A stretch of DNA of 40,904 bases, taken from positions 1 to 40,904 of the IMG/VR virus record IMGVR_UViG_3300044698_000273; one strand, 5' to 3'. The position numbers were made by a program, and so were the translations under genes. Numbering within the stretch: position 1 is the first letter of the stretch; the number at the start of each line of letters is the position of its first letter. Origin of the DNA: a virus (lineage: Duplodnaviria > Caudoviricetes). The notes below the pieces were generated by a model. The model worked only from the letters and a program-made list of their open reading frames with translations. It ran no database searches and was not told the origin of the DNA. Shown here piece after piece: positions 26,020 to 34,864 of this stretch.

Positions 26020-26602
26020 GGCAATTTCCGGAGTTCTGGGTGGGGTGGCGAGCGGCGGTTTTACCGCTCTTTTCGGCGGGATTACCGGCGTGGTCGGGGC
26101 CTGGCTGCGGCAGAAGCACGACTTTGCGGTGATGAAGCTCCAGTCGGAGGAGAAAGGCCGGGACAGGCTGCACGAGCTGGCGGTGATGGACCGCGAGGCG
26201 GCCAGCGCCGAAAAGCTCGCCCTGGTCCACCTTGACGAAACCACGATTGCCGGGGAGCTGGCCGCCATGGGCAAGAGCATCGAGGCCGAGGCGGCGGGCG
26301 CCACCTGGTCCACCCCCTGGATGAGCAAGGCCACCGGCTGGGCGGGCAAGGTCGTCGCCGTGGCCCTGGGCGCGGTCGATGTGGTGCGCGGCCTGATCCG
26401 CCCGGCCCTGACCCTCTCTCTGGTGCTGATGACCTATCAGCTCTGGTTTGACATGAGCAAACAGTTGGGCGCGAGCTTCCCGACCGCCACCGCTTCGTCC
26501 GTGGTGGTGCGGGTGGTGGACATGATCCTGTTCCTGACCTGCATGGCGGTGGGCTGGTGGTTCGGCAGCCGGGGTTCGAAGCACGAGCGCCGCAATCAGT
26601 AG
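26012..26602 (+). CDS. Putative holin (3TM type)
   Basis: Gly-rich N-terminal hydrophobic helix, VRGLIRPALT, terminal TM ending WWFGSR plus a basic tail. Confidence 0.75.
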   Translation: MLEAISGVLGGVASGGFTALFGGITGVVGAWLRQKHDFAVMKLQSEEKGRDRLHELAVMDREAASAEKLALVHLDETTIAGELAAMGKSIEAEAAGATWSTPWMSKATGWAGKVVAVALGAVDVVRGLIRPALTLSLVLMTYQLWFDMSKQLGASFPTATASSVVVRVVDMILFLTCMAVGWWFGSRGSKHERRNQ

Positions 26603-26610
26603 TCCCATCG

Positions 26611-26703
26611 CGTCGGGTTTCGCTTTGCTCTACCCGACCTACCAACTCCAACCATGTCCGCCCACTATCCTGTAGGTCGGGTAGAGCAAAGCGAAACCCG
26701 ACG
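26611..26703. repeat. GTAG-family REP doublet (REPIN-like), perfect 32-bp inverted repeat
   Basis: GTAGGTCGGGTAGAGCAAAGCGAAACCCGACG at 26672-26703 and its exact reverse complement at 26611-26642; 29-bp spacer; each unit internally palindromic (GTCGGGT...ACCCGAC). Confidence 0.85.
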
Positions 26704-26741
26704 TTTTTCAAATTGTCGCCGCGGAAAAAATCAGGAGCATC

Positions 26742-29621
26742 ATGGCAAACGCAGACCTTGAGCGCATCATCAAAATAGTCTTTGCCGGCGACGACAAGCA
26801 GGCCGTTGACTCAATCAATCGGGTTACCTCCGGACTCTCCACCCTGGACGGCGCGGTCTCCACCTTCACCGACCCCCTGGCCGGGATGGCGGACAATGTC
26901 CTCAAGGTGGATGCCGCCCTGCTGGCCCTGGTTGCCGGGGGGCTGCTGTATGCGCTCAACAAGACCAAGGAGTTTGAGAACGCCACGGTCGAGCTGGTCA
27001 AGGTTATCGGCGATGAGATCGGGCGGTTGGATGAGGTCAAGAAGTTCGCCATCGATATCTCCGACGTCTACGGGGAGTCATCCTCCGCCGTTCTGGCCAG
27101 CGTGGCAAACTTTAAGCAGGCCGGCTTCGGGATTTCCGAGTCCATGCTGCTCACCAAAAACGCCATGGATCTCAAGATCGCCGGCGACATCTCCGCCGCC
27201 GAGTCCAGCGAGGTTCTGGTAAGCATCCTCAAAGGCTTCAAGGCCCCGGCCGAGGATGCCGCCCGGGTGGTGGACATCCTCAACGAGGTGAGCAACAAAT
27301 ATGCCACCGACGTCCGCCAGCTCGCCACCGGCATGGCGGAGCTTTCCCCCATCGCCAACGCCATGGGCTTCTCATTCGAGGAGACCGCCGGGGTCCTGAC
27401 CCCGGTAATCGAGGTTTTCCGCTCCGGCGGCGAATCGGCCATTGCCCTCAAAACCGGCCTGCTCAAGCTGATCGATGATTCCAAGCCGGTCCGCGAGGCC
27501 CTGGAGCGGCTGGGCGTGTCGCAGTTCGATGTCAACGGCCATATGCGCAGCGGCAAGGACATCCTCCTCGATGTGGCCAAGGCCTTTCAAACCGCCGAGC
27601 AGAACGACAAGCTCTTCCTCACCCAGCAACTGGTCGGCATCCAGCAGGCCGGCAGGATGGTCGAGGTTTTCGACGGCCTGGCCAAGTCCACCGAGGTGAC
27701 CAATGTTGCCCTGGGCTCGACAGGCTCGGCGGCGGAAGAAGTGGCGGCCCGCCTTGCCTCGGCGGAGGTGGCGGTCAATCGCTTCAAAGAGGGCTTCAAC
27801 AACCTGGCCATCTCGGTGGGCAGTCAGTTTGCCGCTGCCGCCAAAGAAGCGGTTGACGGCGGCACCAGCATTGAGAATGTCCTGCGCACCATGGTGGATG
27901 ATGGCACCTTCGAGCCGATCTTTGCCAAGCTTCGCGACTTCTCCGCCCGGTTCGGCCAGTACCTGGGCGGCATTGCCGAGGCGTTGCCCGAGGCGATGGA
28001 ACAAGTGGATTTTTCCGGGTTCCTTGCTGCCCTGGGCAGCCTGGGCGACACTCTGGGCGGGTTCTTTGGCGCCCTGGACCTTACCAAGCCCGATGATCTA
28101 GCCAGGGCCTTGCAGACGGTGGTGGATGCCGTCACCGGCCTGATTCGCATCACCGACGGCATGGCCGAGGCCTTTAAGCCTTTTTTCAGCCAGATCGTGG
28201 ACTTTTTGCTGAAAGTCGCGGACAGCGACGAAGAACTCCAGAAGACCATCGGCAAGATCCTCTCCTTTGCCAAACAGATCGAATCCACCAGCCTGGCGGT
28301 GGTGGTGGGTCTGGCGGCAATGCGCGAGGCGGGAGTGGCGGTCGGCCCGGTTTTCGATGTCCTGGCCGGCACGATCCAGATAGCCTTCAACGGTATTCAG
28401 ATCTCCTTCGACACCCTGATGCTCACCCTTGCCCTTGCCCGCCAAGGCTTTGCGAAATTTTGGGACACCATCACCCTCGGCAAAAGCGATGTGTTCCACC
28501 AGCAGCTGCTTGACGCCGAGGCGGATGTGAGCAAGTGGGCGGATGCCGTTGTGCGTGATGGCACGGACGCGGCCAACGGCCTCAACCGGGTTGCCGAGGG
28601 ATTTTCCGCCACCGGCGAATCCGCCGACGCCGCCGGCACAAAAATCGGCGGGGTCAAGGGTCAGCTTGATACAATCCCTTCCCACACCCAGGCCGAGGTG
28701 GAGTTCTACCTCTCCGGCCAGGACAAGCTGGCCGCGGCCCATCAAGCCATCACCGATCTGCCCGGCCAAAAGAATATCGAGATCACCACCTCCGATCTCG
28801 ACAGCATGCGCACCACCCTGGCCGCGTTCGGCATCGACATCGCCAATATCCCCGAGGAAAAGCTGGTCGCCCTCAAGGCGATCACCGACGATGCGTCCTA
28901 CAATGCCGCGGTGGAACAGTTGATGATTGATTTTCCCACGGAAAAGTCCGTCTCCATCCGCACCGCCATCGATGGGGCATCAATGGCAGAGGCCCAGGGG
29001 GAATTCAACCGGTTCGCCGATCTGGGCATCACCGTTACCGTGGATGATTCCGGCCTGGTCACCATCACCAACGAGCTGGCAGGAGCCAAGGATCTGAATA
29101 TCACCGCCAAGGTGGACAAGGCCAAGGCGGAATCTGACGTTAAAAAAATGGCCGATGCCGCCAAGGAGCTGGAAAAGTCCGTGGAATGGCGGGCCAAGCT
29201 GGATATCGCCGAGGTTGAGGCCAACGCCAAAATATTGGCCGCCACCCTCTCCACCCTCGGCAGCACCTTCGACGCCTCCACCAGCCATGCCTCAGCCATG
29301 ATGAAGGAATGGTCCGATGCCCAAGGAAAATCCGGGGATATCTGGTCCAGCGATGTGTACAAATCCAATCAGCTCACCGACATGATGGAGAGCGAGGAAC
29401 TCAATCGGCAGTCCATGCTCTCCCAGCAACGCGATCTCACCGCCGCCGAGATAGATTACATGCGGGCCCGCACCACCGCCCTGGCCCAGGGTGACGCCCT
29501 GATCAAGATCGACGGCTCCGGTCTTGCCCCGCATCTGGAAGCGATCATGTGGGACGTGCTGGGCGCGATCCAGGTCCGCGCCAACGAAGACGGGCAGTCC
29601 ATGCTGCTCGGCTTGAGCTAA
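26742..29621 (+). CDS. Tail tape measure protein (TP901-type core)
   Basis: 959 aa, Ala/Gly-rich and helical; FKQAG, AARVVDIL..VSNKYATDV, MGFSFEET, SGGESAIALKT. Confidence 0.92.
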   Translation: MANADLERIIKIVFAGDDKQAVDSINRVTSGLSTLDGAVSTFTDPLAGMADNVLKVDAALLALVAGGLLYALNKTKEFENATVELVKVIGDEIGRLDEVKKFAIDISDVYGESSSAVLASVANFKQAGFGISESMLLTKNAMDLKIAGDISAAESSEVLVSILKGFKAPAEDAARVVDILNEVSNKYATDVRQLATGMAELSPIANAMGFSFEETAGVLTPVIEVFRSGGESAIALKTGLLKLIDDSKPVREALERLGVSQFDVNGHMRSGKDILLDVAKAFQTAEQNDKLFLTQQLVGIQQAGRMVEVFDGLAKSTEVTNVALGSTGSAAEEVAARLASAEVAVNRFKEGFNNLAISVGSQFAAAAKEAVDGGTSIENVLRTMVDDGTFEPIFAKLRDFSARFGQYLGGIAEALPEAMEQVDFSGFLAALGSLGDTLGGFFGALDLTKPDDLARALQTVVDAVTGLIRITDGMAEAFKPFFSQIVDFLLKVADSDEELQKTIGKILSFAKQIESTSLAVVVGLAAMREAGVAVGPVFDVLAGTIQIAFNGIQISFDTLMLTLALARQGFAKFWDTITLGKSDVFHQQLLDAEADVSKWADAVVRDGTDAANGLNRVAEGFSATGESADAAGTKIGGVKGQLDTIPSHTQAEVEFYLSGQDKLAAAHQAITDLPGQKNIEITTSDLDSMRTTLAAFGIDIANIPEEKLVALKAITDDASYNAAVEQLMIDFPTEKSVSIRTAIDGASMAEAQGEFNRFADLGITVTVDDSGLVTITNELAGAKDLNITAKVDKAKAESDVKKMADAAKELEKSVEWRAKLDIAEVEANAKILAATLSTLGSTFDASTSHASAMMKEWSDAQGKSGDIWSSDVYKSNQLTDMMESEELNRQSMLSQQRDLTAAEIDYMRARTTALAQGDALIKIDGSGLAPHLEAIMWDVLGAIQVRANEDGQSMLLGLS

Positions 29622-29630
29622 GGAGGCCCC

Positions 29631-29990
29631 ATGCGTATCGGTATTTCCACCCCGCTTTTCGACCTGGACGGCGCCCGGCTCATCCGCGTTACCCCCCAGA
29701 CCATCCCGTCTCTGTTCAGCGGCTCCCGCAGGGTATCGTCCACCGCCACCCTGGACGGCGGCGCGCTGCTCTACGATACAGGCTATGCGGTGGCGGACCG
29801 GCGGCACACCATCGAGGCGGCGGAGCACGACGTGCGCGCCACGGCGGCCTGGTTCGCCATGCTGGTCAAAACCTACAATCTGATCCAGGTGGTCACGGAC
29901 GAAGGCGTTTTCCTCGCCGCGCCCAGCAAGTGGTCCATGATAAACGACATACCCACCCTGGATCTGCTTTTCGCCGAGCAGCTCGCCTGA
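29631..29990 (+). CDS. Putative distal tail protein
   Basis: AAGGAGG RBS; immediately after tape measure; RRVSSTATLDGG motif. Confidence 0.6.
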   Translation: MRIGISTPLFDLDGARLIRVTPQTIPSLFSGSRRVSSTATLDGGALLYDTGYAVADRRHTIEAAEHDVRATAAWFAMLVKTYNLIQVVTDEGVFLAAPSKWSMINDIPTLDLLFAEQLA

Positions 29991-29998
29991 ATTAAAAA

Positions 29999-30126
29999 AG
30001 TGCTGAGTGCGAAAAAGTGCTGAGTGCTGAGTGCGAAAAAAAAGTGCTGAGTGCTGAGTAAAAGAAACGTACCTCGTACTCGGAACTAAGCACTCGGAAC
30101 TAAGCACTAAAAAAAGAGCACTAAAA
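29999..30126. repeat. Inverted heptamer tandem arrays (AGTGCTG)n / (ACTCGGA-ACTAAGC)n
   Basis: Three AGTGCTGAGT blocks separated by A-tracts (29999-30060) facing complementary ACT-phased heptamers (about 30071-30126). Confidence 0.85.
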
Positions 30127-30140
30127 GAAAGGAGAACCCC

Positions 30141-30611
30141 ATGGCTGTCATCATCAACCAGTATTACCAGGCCGGCGTATACCGCAACAACGGCACCATC
30201 AGCCTGCTCAACCCGGCCATCACCATGGCCCTGGTCAGCAAGGACTACACCCCGGATCTCGACCTGCATACCCTCTGGGCCGATGTCTCGGCCAACGAGG
30301 TGGCCGCGGGCTCCGGCTACACCACCGGCGGAGCGGCATTGGTCAACCTCAGCCTGGTCCGCACCGGGCCCCTCACCACCTGGGATGCCGATGACCTCAC
30401 CTGGGCAGCCCTGACCAAGACATTCAAGTACGGGATCATCTACCTCAACGATACCATCGGCGGCGTGGTCAAGCCCCTGCTCGCGGTGGTTGATTTTGAC
30501 GACACCACCACCATCGCCGAAGTGACCTCGGGCGGGACTGACTTTGTTTTCCAGCCCAGCCTTTCCGGCCTGCTTGTCTTTGGCCCGGATACCACGATCT
30601 GCGGCGCGTAA
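30141..30611 (+). CDS. Virion tail protein, paralog 1
   Basis: AGGAG RBS; ITMALVSKDYTPDLDLH, GYTTGG, WDADDLTW. Confidence 0.7.
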   Translation: MAVIINQYYQAGVYRNNGTISLLNPAITMALVSKDYTPDLDLHTLWADVSANEVAAGSGYTTGGAALVNLSLVRTGPLTTWDADDLTWAALTKTFKYGIIYLNDTIGGVVKPLLAVVDFDDTTTIAEVTSGGTDFVFQPSLSGLLVFGPDTTICGA

Positions 30612-30659
30612 GGCTATAACCGCCTCGCTTAACCAGCCACCCAAAAAGGAGCCCACCCC

Positions 30660-31067
30660 ATGAGCAACGTCCTCTACGACAGCGGCCGCAACGCCTTTGC
30701 CAATGCCGGTATCAACTGGCCCAGTGACACCATCAAGGCCATCCTGATCGATACCGCTCAATACACGGTAGACCTGGCCCTTCACGACTTTCTCGATGAC
30801 ATCCCGGCGGGGGCCAGGGTAGCCATTGCCTCCCTGTCCGGCAATAGCGCCAGCGCCGGGGTCTGCGATGCGGCGGATACGGTTTTTAGCTCGGTCTCCG
30901 GCGTCAGTGCCGAGGCAATAGTACTTTACAAGGATACGGGCACCGAATCCACCAGCCAACTCATCGCCTATATCGACACGGCCGCCGCCGGCCTCCCCGT
31001 CACCCCGGACGGCACCAACATCACCATCGCCTGGGATAACGGCGCCAACAAGATTTTCAAGCTGTAG
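30660..31067 (+). CDS. Virion tail protein, paralog 2
   Basis: AGGAG RBS; INWPSDTIKAILID..YTVDLALHDFLDD, CDAAD, LIAYID, WDNGANKIFKL. Confidence 0.7.
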   Translation: MSNVLYDSGRNAFANAGINWPSDTIKAILIDTAQYTVDLALHDFLDDIPAGARVAIASLSGNSASAGVCDAADTVFSSVSGVSAEAIVLYKDTGTESTSQLIAYIDTAAAGLPVTPDGTNITIAWDNGANKIFKL

Positions 31068-31075
31068 GCCTGACC

Positions 31076-31318
31076 ATGGCACGAGAAGACCATTCACCCT
31101 GCTTGAGATGCGGCCGTTGCTGTTGGGACTGGAAAAACAACGACCCAGCCAACCGCTGCGACCATCTGGCCGATGACCTCCGCACCTGCCTGGCCTATGG
31201 CCGCCGGGCCGGAGTCAACCGGGGCGAGTGTGATAACCACATGGAAATCCGCCAGGCGTGCGATCTTCACCCGGATTGCGGCTATATGCAGGAGTGGCGT
31301 CGGCAGGGCCTCGTGTGA
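31076..31318 (+). CDS. Cys-cluster small protein (YkgJ/CxxCxxCC-like)
   Basis: CLRCGRCC ... CDHL ... CLAYGRR ... C pattern. Confidence 0.55.
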   Translation: MAREDHSPCLRCGRCCWDWKNNDPANRCDHLADDLRTCLAYGRRAGVNRGECDNHMEIRQACDLHPDCGYMQEWRRQGLV

Positions 31319-31343
31319 GGCGCCACCAACAGGAGTCCCTTAA

Positions 31344-32672
31344 ATGATCCTTTACCTGGCCGATGCCGATATCACCGCTGGCTTTTTTGAGACCCTAGCC
31401 ACGGCTCCCCCATCCTCCCGCGACGAGACCCAAGGGTGGACGGTAGACAAAAAGTCCGGGAATGTGTCCGCCGGATATCGCCCAGACACCTGGCGCCTAG
31501 CCGCTGATTTCGGGGATTTTTTGCCGCCGACTTTCACCGGCTATGGCTACCGGACCTCGGCTCGGCTTTCCGGTACATTCGCTTTTGGTTTATGGTCTCT
31601 GGCCTTCAAGGTCAAGTGCAACAGCTATTATGCCCAGATAGGTGGGCCGATGATGCGGTTGTGGCGCGGCACGGCCCCGGACGGCTCCGATGCGGTAATA
31701 GTCTTAAATTGGAGTGGCTCCACGAGTATTGGCTTCACCGCAGCCAATCAGGACCAGGCTGGCACTCTGGTTAGCAATTTCAGCGCGGGCACATTCGACA
31801 ATCAGTATCTCTTCCTGGAGGTGCTCTGGTATTGTAGCGCCTCCGGCGGCAATAATGCCGCCAGTGTGGCCTGGGTCCATAATGAGGGCGCAGCCGAGGC
31901 CCTCACCACTCCGACCTTTACCTCTGCGGCCCCCCCGCTCAATATCGACCTCACCGACCAGGGCATCCCCACCGCCGAAGTGGTCTCCGCTCCCACCGTC
32001 GCCGTCTCCCTTTCCTCCTTGACCCTGACTCTCGCCGCCGGCGAATCGTGGCCCTGGCAGGCCCCCGCCTCATCCTGGTCTTGGCGGCTGGCCCCGAACC
32101 GGCCCCGGCAGGAGATCCACATCTGCGTGCTCACCGGCGGGCATGTGAGCCTGCCGGACCTCGAGCTGCCCATCTCCTCATGGCAGGCCCGGCTCCGAAA
32201 CGGGGATCCGACCTATGTCTCGGCCATCGTCCCCAACGCCCTGGCCTATGCGGATGCAATTACGGCCAGAACAGGCGGCCAGCTCAAAGTATACAAGGGC
32301 TATCAATTCATCGACCTGCAGGGCGGCAGGTTCCTGGCCCTGGTGGCGGAGACCACCCTGAACAGCATCCGCCACGACACCGGCCCCAGATCCAGCTCCG
32401 TCACCCTGGTCGGCTATGCCAACATCACCAACGCCACGCCGAAGACTTTTGTATATGACACCCTGACCTACAAGTCGTTGCAGGCGGATGGCAAACGCCG
32501 CTGGCGCACCGGCCTCAAGCTCAATATCGCCGAAGCCATGGCGGGCGATACCTGGACGTTCATCGCCCGCCCGGGCGACACCGTAACCCACCAAGGGGAA
32601 TCCATGGTGGTCGGCTTCATCTCCCTGGCCGTCTCCGACACCTTTGAGCTGGTCGAGCTGGTGGAGGCCTGA
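31344..32672 (+). CDS. Putative tail tip/hub protein
   Basis: AGGAG RBS; 442-aa beta-rich protein; LPISSWQARLR and RPGDTV in the C-terminal half. Confidence 0.6.
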   Translation: MILYLADADITAGFFETLATAPPSSRDETQGWTVDKKSGNVSAGYRPDTWRLAADFGDFLPPTFTGYGYRTSARLSGTFAFGLWSLAFKVKCNSYYAQIGGPMMRLWRGTAPDGSDAVIVLNWSGSTSIGFTAANQDQAGTLVSNFSAGTFDNQYLFLEVLWYCSASGGNNAASVAWVHNEGAAEALTTPTFTSAAPPLNIDLTDQGIPTAEVVSAPTVAVSLSSLTLTLAAGESWPWQAPASSWSWRLAPNRPRQEIHICVLTGGHVSLPDLELPISSWQARLRNGDPTYVSAIVPNALAYADAITARTGGQLKVYKGYQFIDLQGGRFLALVAETTLNSIRHDTGPRSSSVTLVGYANITNATPKTFVYDTLTYKSLQADGKRRWRTGLKLNIAEAMAGDTWTFIARPGDTVTHQGESMVVGFISLAVSDTFELVELVEA

Positions 32673-32675
32673 GCG

Positions 32676-34244
32676 ATGGGCAAGGCGCAGATAATGGCCA
32701 GCCTTGGCGAAGGACTGTACCAGTCCAGGATCACGTACAATACCACCCTGCCGGCCGCCAGAAAGGCCGCGCTTGAGGCCCGCAAGCCTGCTCTTGAGCA
32801 GCAGCTTGCCGATGCGGCAACAGCCCGGCTGACGGCAGAGACGGATGTTACTGCGGCCCAAGCAGAGCTGAACCTGCTCATCGAGCAACTGGTTGCCGCC
32901 ACCCCGGCGGCTGCCCCGGCTATTCGCGCCGCCATTGCGGAAAAACAGGCCGCGGCCAAAATACCCGGAGAGATCCTGGCCGCAGCCCAACGGAAAGAAT
33001 CCCGCCTCACCTTGGATCTGGCCCAAATTACCACGGAGATCGCCAGGCTCGATGCCCTGCTGGCAATCGAGGACACCAGAAACATCTGGTGCGCCGATTA
33101 TTCCACCACCCTCACCGGCCAGGTGGACACCATAGAGATAAACGGCGAGCCCGGCCAAATTCTCATAGCCCCCGGAGGCTCTGGAGAGCCCTCTGCCCTG
33201 CTTACCGGGGTCGAGGCCATGACTACCGCCAACTGGGCCAGAAACTGCGCCTTGCACCCCTATTGGCAGAAATGGAAGCCCACCTACCGCACCGGCCTGA
33301 TCCTCTCCATCTCGGGAGATACTTGCACAGTATCCCTGGATGCGGCGGTGAGCAGCTATCAGGCTCTGGATATCAACCAGCAGGCTATTCTCGGCGGCGT
33401 GCCGATCCAGTACCTGAATTGCAATGGACTGGCCTTCGAGGTCGGCGATGGGGTGGTGATCCGGTTTACCGGGCAAAACTGGAGCAGCCCGGTGGTGGTA
33501 GGGTTTGCGCATAACCCGGAAATATGTTGCCCTGATATTGTCATCCAATACACCACGATCAACATGTTTCTGGGAGAATCACAGGAACTGTCGCTGGCCG
33601 CTGCCGTGAGTCAATCCTGCCCGGTGTACTGGTCGATCTCTCAATACCCGCAACCGGCGGACTGGACAAACCCAACCCCCGCCGAACTGGCCGCCGCTGC
33701 CACCGGTGACGGCACTCGCGGCACCCTGACCAACCTGGACAGCTCCCCGCTTAATGCTTCGGCCCCGGTAGTGCTGTATACCGCGCCTAGTGCCTGGATC
33801 AGCTGCGATGCGTCTCAGGCAACGGTCCAGGCCCACGGGTTCGGCCAAACTGACGAAATGACGATGCATGTGAGCGATGCCGCCGGCGCGACTGGTGCCG
33901 TCCAATGGAGTATTGGCGCTGGTTTTACCGCTCAATCTGGATCTGGTGCGTTAGGAGGCCCACCATGCCCCGGCTATGAATGTTACGTTTATGGGAATAT
34001 CTACAATCATCGTATTTATTGTTCTTCCGGCGCGCAATGGGAACAATACAGCCCCGGCGGCGGCACCGCCTTCTATTTGCCCGGTTATTGCGCCTCGCAA
34101 TGTATCCAAGATACCTCGGTTGACCCCAGCACTCCCGGTATTCCATCGTCTGCATGGCAGTCTTTTCCTGGCGCTTTGCAAATGAATCCCCCAAATGATC
34201 CGACGGACCCCCCTTCTGTTACATGCTGTATGGTGCCAGAATAG
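32676..34244 (+). CDS. Putative tail protein with coiled coil and Cys-rich C-terminus
   Basis: GEGLY, long Ala-rich coiled coil, IWCADY, WQKWKPTYRTG, YLNCNG.AFEVGD, PVVVGF. Confidence 0.65.
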   Translation: MGKAQIMASLGEGLYQSRITYNTTLPAARKAALEARKPALEQQLADAATARLTAETDVTAAQAELNLLIEQLVAATPAAAPAIRAAIAEKQAAAKIPGEILAAAQRKESRLTLDLAQITTEIARLDALLAIEDTRNIWCADYSTTLTGQVDTIEINGEPGQILIAPGGSGEPSALLTGVEAMTTANWARNCALHPYWQKWKPTYRTGLILSISGDTCTVSLDAAVSSYQALDINQQAILGGVPIQYLNCNGLAFEVGDGVVIRFTGQNWSSPVVVGFAHNPEICCPDIVIQYTTINMFLGESQELSLAAAVSQSCPVYWSISQYPQPADWTNPTPAELAAAATGDGTRGTLTNLDSSPLNASAPVVLYTAPSAWISCDASQATVQAHGFGQTDEMTMHVSDAAGATGAVQWSIGAGFTAQSGSGALGGPPCPGYECYVYGNIYNHRIYCSSGAQWEQYSPGGGTAFYLPGYCASQCIQDTSVDPSTPGIPSSAWQSFPGALQMNPPNDPTDPPSVTCCMVPE

Positions 34245-34739
34245 ATGCTTGCCGCCGCCCGCACATATTGGCAAAAAGCATACCCAGGCCAGCCTTGCAA
34301 CATCACCCAGGCCATGCGGGAATACACCGCCTCAATTTCCGCCTCACCCCTGCCGAGAAAAACCGGGACTCAGTATGGCAGAACAACGGATGCCCCCCTG
34401 AAAAAATGCCGGTGCAGTGCGTTCATGCACATAACCGAATCAGACCGGCCTGATTATGAATCAATGCTTGTTTGTTCTGAGTGTGGGGCGCGGGAATACT
34501 CGGATTTATCCATGGCGGATTACTTGCGAGCCGTATCAGCCGCCCGCGAAGAAAAAGACTTTGCTGATGTTGATGAGATCCGCGCTCCCTACGCAATCAG
34601 GGAACAACGCCGGGCGATCTGCGCGGCCTGCGAACACATCAAGGATGGCCGGTGCACGGCCTGCGGCTGCAGGATCAAACACCGCACCTACTACCGCATA
34701 TTGGCCTGCCCAAAAGACCACTGGCCGGCAATCGATTGA
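34245..34739 (+). CDS. Cys-rich hypothetical protein (DUF6171-like C-terminus)
   Basis: RRAICAACEH....CTACGCRI..RT......CPKDHW. Confidence 0.6.
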   Translation: MLAAARTYWQKAYPGQPCNITQAMREYTASISASPLPRKTGTQYGRTTDAPLKKCRCSAFMHITESDRPDYESMLVCSECGAREYSDLSMADYLRAVSAAREEKDFADVDEIRAPYAIREQRRAICAACEHIKDGRCTACGCRIKHRTYYRILACPKDHWPAID

Positions 34740-34786
34740 TAGATAGTGGTCCGCGCCGCGGCGCAAGGCTAAAAAAAGGAGACAGG

Positions 34787-34864
34787 ATGGCTGAATTTGT
34801 CACGGTTATCAAATGGGTGGGAGTCGGGGTGATCGGGTTTGCCGCCGCCGTGGTGACTGCATGA
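34787..34864 (+). CDS. 25-aa hydrophobic peptide
   Basis: AAGGAG RBS; MAEFVTVIKWVGVGVIGFAAAVVTA; TGA overlaps ATG 34861. Confidence 0.45.
   Translation: MAEFVTVIKWVGVGVIGFAAAVVTA

Noticed and set aside
29292-31097. Long minus-strand ORFs (e.g. 601 aa here, also 13405-14748, 16739-18133, 32178-33548)
   Set aside because: Antisense shadows of GC-rich + strand genes; no motifs; they overlap well-supported genes
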